The translations under genes and the position numbers were made by a program. Positions 36,101 to 49,922 of a stretch of DNA of 64,000 nt are shown here, piece by piece. The notes below the pieces were generated by a model, which was not told where the DNA came from, made no database searches, and was given only the letters and a program-made list of their open reading frames with translations. Each line of letters opens with the position of its first letter. Position 1 is the first letter of the stretch. Source of the DNA: Lytechinus pictus (lineage: Eukaryota); contig NC_087251.1 in NCBI RefSeq assembly GCF_037042905.1, forward strand, positions 18,972,001-19,036,000, given 5' to 3'.

Positions 36101-38826
36101 TTTTAGTTCAAAATAATTGTATAATAGTGATTGTAGGGTTTATTTAGTTTGGAGGTTAGATTTTATGATTGCCTTAAAGTGCATATTTTCCATCAGAGCA
36201 ATAGTCGCCCGAGCAAATGTCATGGAACCCAGTGGAGAGACCACAGTTGATTAGTGTTCAGAATTGTAAGTGAAAAATATGTACAATAATCGAGGATCTT
36301 TTACCAGTGATGGTTACATGTGTGTTCATAATTATTTAATGTATATATCATGTACCAATAATACAATGAATGTCTTCTAACTTTCTGTAATTTCCCAGTA
36401 CAATTGCCGATGAATGAATATTACGCACATCCTTTGTCACTTGCACGAATAATAATCACGGTATACCCATCTTTTCTTTGTCTTTTGTCACACCACTGTC
36501 ACTCTTCTATTGTGGTCATCGACCAATTCCACTTGTCCCTTGGTAGGCCTGTGGAATACCTGGCCTAACGACTACTCCAGCAGTGTCATTCCCGAGAATG
36601 ATCTTTCGTTGAAGAACATCGACAGGGATCGCCAGTATGAGATGTCCTCCTCGTCAAAGAGTAGAAACCATCTCAAAGGGCACAAGCTTAATGGTATAGC
36701 TGCTGATGACAATGCCCTGGCACCCCCTAAATCTAACCCCACTTCCACCACAACCCTTTCCTCTATCCATCTAGCTGTTGTAACCCAAGGTAATGGATCT
36801 TTTATTGTTTACTCGCCACATCCTAATAATTAACCAAGATTTTTTATTAGTTGCATTATGATCATTCTGTTTGCTTTTGTTTCATTCATTAGCACTCCTG
36901 AGTACATGTATTTGTACTATAGTCTCCAGACACTGATTAGTATCAGAGATCAGATAGTGGACAGGTTCAGTTGTGTGAGGATGTACATGTAATTACCACA
37001 CTGTACATATGTTTTGCTTTATTTGTTTTTGTGTAATTTTTATGTTCAGTGTAGCTTCATGTATCCCTGTTTATGCTATGTTTGTTTTATTTACTATATT
37101 ATGATTGTTCATACACTTTAGTTGACACCTTCACTTCTTATTATGCCTAATTTCCACTTTTTATTTCTTACATGTACTAGTAATTAATGTTAAAAAAAAT
37201 GTCTATAGTTTTATTTCTCTTGATTTATTTCATTCAGTTTCTTTATCATCTCTTTTGCAGGGAATGTTTTGACTTTTTATTTTGATATTGTAGGAGAAAA
37301 AATGTAGCTGATGAATTGCAGGCTAAGTCAGAGCTATGAATTAACCATTTGCTGTGTGAAATGATGTATTATGAAAGACATTGTGTACATGTAGTTGCAT
37401 AGAGTTTATACAGGTAGAGATAGAGTGTGCACAGGTACGATGTGCACATTTATTTGTACGTTCATACTAAGTGGATTTTTATACTACATGTTAGCCTCAT
37501 TGAATTTAATCTTTTATTCTGAACTAAAAAAAATAATTTGATAAAAATATTTGTCAGTTGGTAGTTAAAAAACTGTTGAGCTCTAGAAAAAAATATGTCT
37601 GCTTCTTACAAAACTTCTATTCAAATGCAATAAAATGTGATTTTTCTCCCTAAAAAGAATAGTAAGTTAATGCACTCTCTGCATAAGCAAACCTGTTACA
37701 TTTATATTGTTAATCATTTTGTTCTGTATTTTTGTAATAATGACAACAATCTGATAACAATATGTTGATTATTTTCTTCCCGCAGCCCCTGTTCCTATTG
37801 ATGAGAATGCCCCACAATCTGTAGAAGTTGTGACGGTGGTGGCTCCGCCCAATGAAGCAGTGACTGATGGGAAAGCTAAGGATGATGGGAAGGTGAATGA
37901 CACTAATGTGTTAACACAACAGGACGGTCCCAATATGCTTGAGGTTTGTTACACATTTTTTTTTTTGTCATTGTACAATCCAGGGTTTGGGAAGGACAGG
38001 TAATTTTTAGCAACTCTGGAATTGAGAAATAATTTTTTCAAATGAGAATTTGTTTATTCCTCCTGAAAGTCATATCAAATCATTTTATTTAGAACATCTT
38101 GGTAGGGTAGTTAGTTGGTGAGTATATGGATGCATAGCACTCCTTTGGGTCACTATCCAACTTTCTAAATTATCATAATTGATTCATGTATTATAAAAAT
38201 GGAAGATGCTAATGGAAGATGCTAACTGTACTTTTTGATGAGTCATGGAAATGGATACTCTGTGCTCGGGGGGTCCACAAAGAGTAAGAAGAGTGGGACT
38301 TTTACATGTACATGTAACTTCAAAGCCGTTCTCTATGCATGATTTGACATTGTAGTGCTGTATTATAGACTGCACATTCAATTTTAGTCACACTTGACTA
38401 TTTGTGATCTTGGGCTCATTGCAATTTAACAAAAATAAACAAAGATGCAATTTCGATATGATTTACAACTAATTCGATGCGTGCATTCAATATTCTGAGT
38501 TGCATTTGATTGCCACTCTTGTAGTGACATGTAGTGACAGCAGTAGGAAAGAGAACATGAATGATTACCTCTTAATCTTATTTCCATATGATTTTCACCC
38601 CATCATCCATCATCCTACACAGATGGTTCCAGAGTCCCATGGAGGAAGCGGGATGCCCCCAGCCAGTAGCGCTATCTTACCCCTGGTCATCGGCCTGGTC
38701 ATCACCGTCTGTCTTCTCTTGATGGTTGGATGTCGTCTGCGCTACATGAATCAAAGGCTGCGCTATGGACGTCTCAAGACCAGTGCACATGATGCGGACT
38801 ACCTTATCAATGGAATGTACCTCTGA
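30118..38826 (+). CDS. LRP11: LRP11-like type I membrane protein (signal peptide, MANSC/MANEC domain, one LDLa repeat, long disordered stalk, TM, short tail), ~920 aa; join(30118..30715,31597..31779,32145..33521,36547..36789,37786..37943,38623..38826)
   Basis: Exon 1 has the MANSC pattern IIRTKDSKQNGANF...CLEQCC...CDTTIF...NCFLFVC...CLFTYHLGY. Exon 2 is an LDLa repeat (CPEGYFECDSGQCI...CNSVLDCDDGTDEYGC). The last exon AILPLVIGLVITVCLLLMVGCRLR...DADYLINGMYL* matches the diagnostic LRP11 C-terminus DYLINGMYL. Splice phases are consistent; inclusion of exons 3 and 4 is inferred from open frame and splice sites. Confidence 0.9.
34339..34805. mobile_element. TTAA-targeting MITE (Kolobok/T2-like), TIR AGGGGAAGTTCACC
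   Basis: TTAA|AGGGGAAGTTCACC ... GGTGAACTTCCCCT|TTAA. Confidence 0.85.
35106..35219. repeat. Tandem repeat, 3 x ~39-45 bp
   Basis: GTCCCTCAAAGTAATCATGCTCTTGGGAAT(GTATACATT) three times. Confidence 0.9.
36015..36229. mobile_element. MITE with GG..CC termini and 8-bp TSD CAGTGGAG
   Basis: GGTGACACGTCATTTGCTC ... GAGCAAATGTCATGGAACC; CAGTGGAG at 36007-36014 and 36230-36237. Confidence 0.8.
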
Positions 38827-41800
38827 TTGCAAAATGTGGAGTAGCAGAGTAGGGGGCTTCTTGTGCCCCTTTCTGTACAGTGTACTAATGTGATATCATT
38901 GGCTTTGCCATTCTGGAGTATCCTGGGGTTAAGATGGCAAAGAGGTATTCGAAAAGTGAATATAGTCCAAGGTATCTTCTGTAGTGACAAAGGTGTCGCT
39001 TTTGCAATACCATGTACTTTGCTGGGAATGCATAGCCATGAAACCAAATTTGATTTGTTAGCAGCCATCTTAAGGGGTACAGGAATTTGAAATCAGAAAT
39101 TTACCTGGGCAGTTGCTCTTAAAAGTTTTATAGGACTACCAAATGTTCCTTACTGCAAATTGATTTTATTATTTCTTGATGCAGTACAGGTAACAAAACA
39201 CCTTTCGCTTTGAGTACTATTATCATTATGTTAATTTGTTTTTAACATAATACATTCAGGTATTCATGTATTTAACCTCAAACAACCATCATGCAATGGA
39301 TTGTTGAAAGAATTAATGTTCCTATGTTATTAAATCTGTATTTGTTGCATTGGATGAATTCAAAATTTACACTCCTAACTTCTAACCAACGTCACAGAAT
39401 TGACCTTTTTTCTCAGTAGATGACTGCAAGTTTGACAACTACAGATGTAACTACTTATGCCAACAGATCTATTGTCACATTACAAATGTTATGTGTATAG
39501 TTGAGGTTGCACTGCTTTGATCTTTTCAACTTTTAAATTGTCAAAAAAAGAGAAAAAAAATACTGATGTATGTATTTTTTTTATCAAATGAAATAAATAT
39601 GTAGAAAAAACTGGTTTTATTGAACATTGACTGTATTAGCAGATTCCCTAGATCTGTGTACATTATGCATTTAATTCTAGTGATGGTTATTTACTTCTTT
39701 TCTACTGCTGTTAATAATATTGGTGTATATTATTATTTATTGGTGTACAGTTGCCAGTGGTTTAGTAAAAATGGAGCAATTTTCATTCTAGTGTACTAGT
39801 TTACAAGTAATTGTAAAGTGTTGTGTTGCCCAGTACTTTACCACCATTTGCTTATGTTCATTTGTGTAAATTTGTCACTGAAATTTAAATCATCATCAAA
39901 ATATACACCTTTCTACTAATTTACCTACAATGAATGGGCTCAAGAAAGACATGATCCACATGGAATATACATGTGAATGAGGGCATTATATCCTATTTTC
40001 TTTTAGGAACAAATAAACTTCTTTGTCAAGGAAGAAAAAAAAAATTGTTGTGAAATGTACGAAAATTAAAAATCAATGATCTCGACATGAGAGTTGATAA
40101 AAATAAGCAAAAAAGATTTTAGAAATATATATTCTCACTGAGCTTGGTTATGACTGTTGTCTTCATTACCAGGTCCCTTGGAGAGGATCCAAACTCTGGG
40201 TTATCTAGGTAATTAAGTCACAAGCATTTGTGTTTAGTATCTGGTTTATATTATAGGAAGAAAACCTTCAAGTTCAAGCAGTGTTCATATAAAGTATGGC
40301 ATAAAGTCAATGTTGGAGTACTTATATTGTGGGTGTCATTAATACACATGTATGTTAAAGTTACTATATTACATCTGTTCTTTGAGGGCACATGTGTAGG
40401 AAGAACTCAAAATTACATGCCCTTTTAGGTGATATTCTGTACTCTGATATAAAGTCAAATCTACTATTACGTATTGTATTTACTATGACATGTTTTATAC
40501 TCGTGGTTTTAGTGTTTATGGTGTTCATTGATGTATTTTGTATTCACGTTCAATTTACCCGTATAAAAGTATTAATTTATATCTTATGCACAAAATGTGA
40601 TGTTAGTAAATCATTTATAATGAAAACCTGAATGATCTTTCCATACCATTCCAGATCCGTTTATACTTGTAAGTGGCTGATTTATTTATGATTTTTATTT
40701 GGTCAAGTCCTAAAGTTCTAAGTTATTTTTGGCTGACATTATTTGATGGGAATGTGCATTAAATGAATTCATTTTATTCAGAAATTCTTTCATTTCATAT
40801 TTTTTTAGATATCTTTCATGATTCTAGTGGTGTTTCGAGGGGGGGGGGGGGGGGAATTGTTGTGTGCACCACTAATTGGAGGGAGGGGTGTAAAAAAGAC
40901 AAAGTAAGAAAAGAAACAAATTAAATGTTTAATCTAATGAATGACCAAAGAAACCACCATTAAAAGTCAGAAGAGGATGTTACTCTTTCAAGATGTTTAA
41001 GAGGTTTTGGGGGTGATTTCTGCACTTGCCCGGATGCTGTTATACTTAGAGATGCCAATTAACTACTGACTGTAGATTGTTTTAAGCTTTACTGATCTAT
41101 TCTATTTATGAATCTACACAGAGATATAGAGATTTTATTTTGAATGATGTACAATTTTACCATTGTCAGATTCATAAAAAGCAAAACTATACTCACAGAA
41201 TCATTCTGTACTATTATTGGAATGTGATTTCTTTAATGAAAATACTTCTTTAATTAGAGGTGTGTTTGATTTAACTCTGTACAAGAAAATACTTGAAAAA
41301 TATATAAGATATGTAGTACTTTAAGTGCAACGTACTGCTTATTCTCATCAGTGTTGTAGCCATTTTAGTTTTCTGTAATCTTATAACATACATATTCTCT
41401 TGTGGCAGCCTCCATCCCAATTATTGTACTTGACCGTCCTGTCCAGCTGTTTTGTTTTATAGTCTTAATGTTTTGAAAAAGTACATATTTTGAAATCCAA
41501 ATTAAAACTTAGCTCAGTTTTAAATTGATGTTTAATTTTATTTATGTGCAAAGTACTAGTGTATATGTATGTACAGGTTTTGTGAAGAAGAGGAGATCTA
41601 CATGTACACACGTTATTGATAACTCCCTCCTCAGCTGGTGATTTGAATGTTGATTTCACCTTAATACATGTAGATGAAACCTCAATCACAGATTTTTCAC
41701 AGTACTTTTTTTTGTTCCTGAGAATGGATAAGACCTTGTGGTATTGTGTTTCATTGTAATACCTTATTTATTATTTGTTTAAATGACATTTGTTTCATGC

Positions 41801-44800
41801 AAGAAAATAGTTTGATTTTGTTGGAACTGTGCAAGTATTTTCAGTGTGTGTTTTCATTTTGTACTTTGTGATGCAAAACCTGTTAGCACCGCTTTATTTT
41901 CTTTTTGAGTTCTTATCCCTTGTGTAAATATCACTATCTTTTATTTCATTTGGAAAAAGGGATCATTGGAGATTGGAGTATAGAAAATTAAACTTGTGAG
42001 TTACATTATAGAAATAGTCTGTCAAACATATTTTTATTTCATGTATTATGAAAATATAATTTATTTGAGATTTCTTGCTCTTTTTTTATTGATGTATGCA
42101 ATATGAAAAAAAAATGAGGGTAGGGTGGTTAGCATGATACAATAAAATATTTTTAACAAACTGTATTAGTTTAAAAGTCACACATGAATGAATTGAATTG
42201 AATTGCTAAAGCAGTAAATTCCAATTTTTCTAGTACAACATTATAAGCAAGTAGATATTGAAAGCTTGTTGCTTGTGAATGAAGTAGCAGCATACTTTGT
42301 ATGATGTATACATATCCTCTAATTATGAAATATTGTATAGCACATTTTTGTAAACACATGATACAACACTTCAGGTTGAAATTGTGATGCTTGTAAATGA
42401 GGCTCACTGCCCCCTCTTTAGTACTTCTAAAATGTAGGTGTCAATGGGATGGAAAGAATGATGATTGTGTTTAGACAGTGAAGCATTATGCATTTTGACG
42501 TCCGAACAGACCAATCATATCCCTCGATCATCACCCTCGTATTGTGCATGCTGGTACTGAATACCAGTAGATATTTATGCACACAGAATATTGCACTTGG
42601 TTCATATTCATGTACTAATATGAAGTGATAAGAAGGATGTCATTTACTGGTATCTACTTTGTGATTGGATTATAATGGAATACTACTAATCGTTCATTAT
42701 GAGAAATGTAATTCTTTTTGCAAATATGCACACTCTATTTTCACAATATATAAAAATAAACTGACACTTATTTATACATAATATGTAAAGAAAAACATGT
42801 GTACTGGTATTGTTACCATGTTTGAATACTTAGATTCAAATCAATAGATTGAAGGAACTTAAATGTTGCCTAATCACTGGCTATTTCTTGGTTTTGTGAG
42901 TAATTGGTGGACTTTGTATGATAAATTCTTGTATTTTGTCATAGTTCTTGGATAAATATGTAACTAAAACAACATAATAGTATTGTCCTGTTATTTCTGT
43001 ACCGATGTGGTTTTATGTATTTATTCGAAGGGGGGCAAAGTATGATGATGAGTAGGAACAGGTTGAGAAAAAGAATGAGAGAAGGGGAAGGAGAAGAAGA
43101 AGGAAAGATGATTAAGAATAATAAAGAGATGAACAAGAGAGGGAGAAGGGGAAAAGAGAAAGGAGAAGAGGACAGAGGAGGGAGAGTTCTTGTTAGTTAC
43201 AACTGAAGTACCATTCACATTTTTATTGTAACATGAAGAAGGGGAAATAAAAGGGGAGGTACAAGGCATACAATATAGTATTGATGAGAAGCAACATGGT
43301 GAATAAGTATAATTGATAAAGGGAATGAAAGAAAGGGGAGGAAGGAGAGGGTGAGAAGGAGTTGGTTACAATATGGCGTTCCTGGGGATGAAGAGGTTAA
43401 GAAAAGTACCCGTTTGGAAAAGAACATGAGAACATTCCCAAAATTTGTGCACTACCTCTTATGCTTATATTTAGAAATTATGACTTATTCGTAAAGAAAA
43501 CGTCATGATAGGAACATGATCCTTTGAATGGGAGAGACAGATTCGAAGGGAGAAGGAACGATATAGAAGGGGAGACGAAAACTATCACCCGAGATCCTAT
43601 TTGGTAGATTCTTAATACTTGATGTGCGCCCTCTTATGTGGAGTCCAATGACGACACGCCCCTTCGTCTACAGTAGATGTGATACAATGGGAATGGAATA
43701 AACTTCTAAAACTTCATCTTCAAAAAACATTTCAAAAGGATAAGTTTCCAAGGATATTTTTTGTCTAAAGTTTCCAAAGGCATATGACACGTCTAATCGC
43801 CCTTCTTCTATACTAATTTGCCTGTATTTTTTAAAGTGCATTTCGCACTCGTGACTTTCAAGACTGTCTTGGAATAACATAATTTTATTTAAATAGTCGA
43901 TTAAATATCTGTATCGAATAAACACGATAAGAAAAGTACATTTTGATAAATTAGGCTACCTGGAACAAAAGCGTGGACTTAGATAATGGTTTCAAATAAA
44001 CCAGAGTTCAGAAAACTCCAAGTTGAGTTGGACAGCAAAGGCAAGGCTAAACTATTGGGGTATATTTACTCCCAAAAGCAAGCAAGCAAGCAAACAAACA
44101 AACAGACAATGCCATTTTTTTCAGTAAAAGTCAAAACGGCTTAAACTCAATATTGGAATGAATTTAAATGATTTATAAAGCCGCTATGTTGACAATATTT
44201 TTACCCTCAAATGGCCAACATAGTAAGGGGTAGGAAACGATGGGTGAAAGCAATACGAATGGTAGTTGAGGATGTAATCTCGCACCGTCGGGCAATTATG
44301 TTTCGTCACAGAATTATTTGTAAAATGGGACATCGATTTTCTGTTATTCACTCTGTCTCATAATGTTTCTTTTGACTTAAAAATCACTTAAAAACTTAAC
44401 CTACACAGAAAGAAGAACTTAATTCACTAATGCATATCTTGTGCATCCGATTAATCTGAAGGATAATTAAGAATTTAAGTAAATCTACAGAATACAACAG
44501 AATTGAATACTCTCCTTAACAAAGTATTAACTTTTTAGTTCGGCTCTTCACCGAAAAAAGGTTTTCTTTAACTCACGCAAAAGTACAGAATGCATGACAG
44601 CATATCTCATTTTATTGTAACCAAAAAGGAAATGTTCGTTGCATTGGGACCCGAATACAAAGTTATGCATATTGATCAACATCCATGGAGGATGTTATAA
44701 CTTTTATTGGATACTGTTATTATGTATTTTAACCTTAAGATAATCACGCGGGATTCATTACAGCTTTATCAAATATACTTTCATCATTTTTTATCGTTGA

Positions 44801-45394
44801 TTTATATTTGACATATTTTTTTCGATGCAAAACAATTCGAAGAAGATAGTTATCAAAACTTCTTGATGAAGATGTCACGAAGGGGATGTTTTGAGGGTGT
44901 CGTTTGGTGGGGGTGGAATGATACCAGCTTATATTCACTTAAGTCTTTTCGGATGTAAGACTGGTGATGTACAATGGGCGGTCAGTCGTGTCAACGCTAT
45001 TGCATTACTGTCTGAACCATTAATCTCGAACTCAAAATAGTTCATGCCTATCAGTTGGTGGATCTCTGTTCTCCATTCCTGGCATTGCTGCGCTTGCGCC
45101 AGGGCCCCCCGCAAACTGGTAGCGAGGCTAGGATTGGATGATGAGCATCAAACTCTCAGAGACTATGCATCTCTATACTGGAAGATAATGAGGATAGGAG
45201 AGAGAGGGTGAGACAGGCGGAGAGATAGGGAAGAAATTAGAGAAGAGAGGAAAAGACGGAGATGATGGGGATGTAGCATCATCGAGCACGCATCATCGTC
45301 AAAAGTAAGCCAAGTTCTCAACGAGTTAACACAAGGCAGGGCTAGTGCTGTCCAACGGCTGGTTGATTATAGAGGAAGACCACTAATCAAAACC

Positions 45395-46358
45395 ATGGCC
45401 TCCGTACTGCTTTATCCGATCGCATACGGACTGGAACTGTTTTTGGCGTCGGCACTGAGTACTCAGATCGCTGTCTCCCTCGCAGCCGTGCTCGTGTCGA
45501 CGGCCGCTGTCATCTACTGCCAGAGAACCGTCGCTTTATGGTGGTCGTTGACGTCGACAACAACCCAGACAAGAACCAACATCATTCGACCTCATGCTGT
45601 AGTAAACGTAACGGAAGAACTATACGATCCCGAAACTGACCCACCACGTGACAGGGGAGGGGGTCAATCAGCACCTAGCCAGGACCTCCCAATTAAAGAA
45701 AAAGAGAAAGAAACAATAAAAGAGGATTTGATATCGGCGGCGACCACGCCCATCTTTACTGTGGCCGCCACGAGGCGAAAACTTAGTGACGATTCGGAGG
45801 GCAGTACGGAGGGGAGTCTAAACGGGGAGGAAGGAAGTGAAACGAGAAGAAGAAGAAAATCAAGTTCTGGAAGCAACAAGGAGGGTCAACCAGAGCAAAG
45901 CTGGCTTAATAGACAGCCAGCTTATATGCACCGTTCACATTGGGTAGCTAAACCAGCACAGCCCAGGAACAACCCCCTCCTCTATAAACCATCCTTACTA
46001 CGCCGAGCCAGCGCAGACAATAATGGCCACCATCATCCTCGCGTTGTCGACTTCGCCACAACCGCGGAGATCACGCGCAGAAGAGTGGATGAAGATGATA
46101 TCCACGATGGGGGCGAAAGGGGAAGGGAGAAACCTCGGAAGCCTACCCTGGATCGAAGGTCATCGTTTCCTTCTTCTTTGCCCTCATCCTCGGCCACCTC
46201 TCTCTTGCAGTCTCCAAGGATGCAGGCCTCGTCATCACTGGTTACCACCTTGATGACGTCATCATCTACGTCATCTCCCACATCCACGCCATCTTGCTCG
46301 GTCGCTACCCGCCAATCGTCGTCTTCGTCAGACGATCACGGCTCAGACACAGCTGAAG
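45395..46358 (+). CDS. First coding exon of an unidentified gene: N-terminal hydrophobic membrane anchor followed by a Ser/Thr/Arg-rich disordered region; 3'-partial
   Basis: ATG in a strong context (AAACCATGG), 321 open codons in GC/CpG-rich DNA, hydrophobic segment LELFLASALSTQIAVSLAAVLVSTAAVIYC, and a canonical donor G|GTAAGT at 46358/46359. No convincing downstream exon was found before the window end. Confidence 0.75.
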
Positions 46359-49300
46359 GTAAGTTCTTGTCTTCTTATACTCCCTCTCAACTCATTAAAC
46401 ATTTAAATCTCATTTTGCATTTCTCAGTCCATTAGATTTACCCTGGATGATTAACGTATCATTTTGCTTATTTTGAATGGAGCTGGACATGGGCTCGTTT
46501 TGGCGCGCAATGTTTCTCCTATAGCTCACCTTGTTTCGACTCAGACGACGGGCCGAACAAACAACTTGTGACATAAGAGCGATCGGATCGTTTATCATCG
46601 CATACCATCGGTGCAAATGATAGTTACCGTTAACGTCAGTACCTGTGCAATGCTGCGATTCGATTTCTTCTTTCATCCTAATGGCTGAAGTTAGATCTAT
46701 CAAAGCTTAACATCGAAATACCTGGCATTGCAATGTATCTAGCTTTGGTGGGATCACTGGTTGAAATACCGATTCATCTTCTCTAATGGACACATCCTTG
46801 CCTCCTCGTCTTTCCTTCTCTCTACACTGACATCACATTCTATTTTTAATCAAAATGATGTAGTTCAATTAATGGGTTTCACTTATGACGTAGACATATT
46901 CAACCTTTAGACAAGGTAATTTGGACAAAAATAAATATGGCATCATAATAGAGAAAAGGGAATGGAGCAGGCAAAGATTATTTGCTAAAGTCTAGCATTT
47001 GGAGATGAAACATCAACATGGAGATTATGATTGCTTGTCATCTGGTCATGGTTGCAGAAATAGATTGCATGTTACTATTTTTAAAATTCATTACTATCCA
47101 TGTTTGAATGCAGAAGAAAATAATGCAGAGCACAGAAATTTCCCAAAGTTAGAATTTCGGAAGGTGTATATAAAAAAATATTGCATTTCGAAGAGAGATT
47201 AAAAAAAACATATTTGATCTCAATTAATTAGAAATAAATTTAATTCATTTCTTTGTTTTTCCAAGAAATTAATGGTATCATAATTTATGATACCATTAAT
47301 TTCTTGGAAAAACAAAGAAAGAGACAGAGAATTCAAGACATTTCTTGGAGAAACAAAGAAAGAGAGAGAGAGAATTATTTGGTACATACGAAATGCTTAA
47401 TTAAAGAGAGTCTGGACTTTGGATTTAGGTCTATACAAAAATGTCATCATCTTCAAAATGAAATATATAACCTATACGAGTTATTTTCAGAGAGGAAGAA
47501 TTATTGATATTGGTAATGAGAATCGATAGGTCACTCGAATTAATGTCATGATAACGACTGCATCAGTAGAAAGTGACTTGACTGGAATGTAGTAAATAGA
47601 ATTATTGGTCACGCGATGAACATTTGCTTGACGTCACAGAGATTTAAATCACATTTTATTGATGGATTTCTGATTGTGTGTGAATGGGTGCTCTCTTTCC
47701 AACACCACCACCAATAGCAACATCAGCAAAAAAAGTGAAGTGTATTTTTGATCAAAGGAGAGTATGGACGAGAAAGGAAATATATTAAAAGAGAGGGTAT
47801 ATGGGATGGGAGGGGTCGAGGTGGTGGAGAATGGGGAGGGGGTAGTGGGCGATCAGAATGTATATTTATTGCATGAGAAGATCATAATGTCATCTTATCA
47901 GTTTTCTGTGGTTTCTGATACACATTTTGTACTTTCTTGAATATCTACTGAGCAATATTAATTAGATTGAATCGAATTAATAATTCATTATTCGCATACG
48001 GGAAATTTGCCAATCAAATTCGATATTCCTTTGAAGTGCACGATCTACGAATTGTTCTTTCTATATGCCTTGTTTTCCCTAAAAAACGATTATACATACC
48101 AACATTGATAATTCTTTATGGATAGATCTATAGTTCTTACATATTTTAGTGAATAACAAAATAGACCGGGGAAGCGATACACATGATTTATGTTTCTGAA
48201 AAAAAGTCAGACAATATTCATTCCAAAATAACCACTACAGGATCAAACCGACCCGAATGGTGCATATATTATTTCAATATCCAACAGAAAATATAGGCAA
48301 AAAGGCGCCTTTTATGTGGTGCTCTCTAAAAACGAAGACATCCATAACAACGTAACAACGTAAATACATGTAATTAATTGAATGACAAAGTTTTATCGAT
48401 ATTTTTGTCACGTTTTAGCTGCACTACTTATCAAACTTTTCATGTAATAAAAGCTTATTTGACATTTTTTTCTTAAAAAGCTGGCCTTGGTCATGTTAGT
48501 GCATGGGTACGGAAGGAAACTTGCATCTAAATAAAAGCAAATTTTGAAACAATGACATTTCTTTATTGATCGCAAATTTTCAGTTAGTATGTTTAAAGTT
48601 AGTATGAATTGATTTGCTATAGTTGAACTTGATATGTCAGTTGAAAATGTGTTATTGATATTGGCAATTGATCCGAAGAATTTTTTATTTTAATAATCGT
48701 ATTTAACCTTGTATTGGACGTCATTAGGAACACAAAAATTATCGTAATAAAATAACTGGAGCCCTAAAGATTCACTAATTTTCTACATAATATTTCTTTC
48801 AAATATATTTTTTTGAATTGTTGTCTTGCGTGATCAAGGATCTTCTTGTTTCATTTCTTGGAACATTGAGAAAAGGATTGTCTTTTAAATAAAATGTGCT
48901 ATCAAAAGTGCAAGTGCAAACCTTTTCAGGATTGTAAAAGCAATCAACTTTCGGATATCGAAGGCGGATTATGGAAAGACCAAAGGGGATATAAAATTAT
49001 ACCAAAGATTGCCCCTCTTTGAAATGCTTTTATACCGGTATAGACCGTACAGTTTACCTCACTCAACGGACGAATTCCAATTTAAAGCTTGCTTAAGGAG
49101 AGAAAGAAGAAGAAAATTTGGTTTCATCTATCTCCTAGGTGATGAGGCCGGGATCATATCTCAAATGGTTTGCCATCTGACCTGGTTTCATTGATGCATG
49201 TTTGAAGAGGGAGATGGGATATAAAGTTCTTCATCTTCCAGTCGCTTTGATCAGGAGCGTCAATACAACGATTCGAATCCAAAAAGTGCGTGAACTTAAA

Positions 49301-49598
49301 AAAAAGAGGAGAAAGGCATTCCGGATTTCTTGTCCTCGTTGCTTAATTTTTCATCTTAATCATAATTTTAATTATTGGTATCGTCATCTTCTTCGTCTTC
49401 ACCGCCCCCTATCACTCTCTCCGTGTGTCTTTCATTCTTATTTATGCTGATATTGTCTTATGTTTTGTAATTTACATGTTCCTGTGATACTTTGAAGGTT
49501 GTGCAAATAATTGATTTCCGTTAGCTGAGATACATGTTAATTTTCCAAAATGATTTCCCCCTTATTTTTGTATTTTTGTCATTAGCCTTTACTTGCTG

Positions 49599-49922
49599 CA
49601 CTGTTAGAAAATTTCTACTTAAAAAAACAAAAATTCCTGCAGCAGAGTCTCGAAAACACCTGTAATCTTACTGCACTGTGTAATCTTACATGCATTTGTG
49701 TAAAATTACAGAAAAATAGATATTTGGTGTATGTAACCTTACAAATTTATTGTAATAAAACTGTTTTCCCTCTTTTTAAAACAGACCTGTTCTGTAAAAT
49801 TCTATCAAAATTGTATAAAATCTTTCCTGTTTTAACAATTTACAGAATGATTTGGTTACTTCTTTCTGTAAAATCTGTTTTTTAATTTTTCTTCTGTAAA
49901 ATCTTCTGTTTTTTCTAACAGT
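49599..49922. mobile_element. CACT-terminated (EnSpm/CACTA-like) MITE
   Basis: CACTGTTAGAAAA ... TTTTCTAACAGT; internal CTGTAA(A)AT / TTACAG subterminal repeats. Confidence 0.65.
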
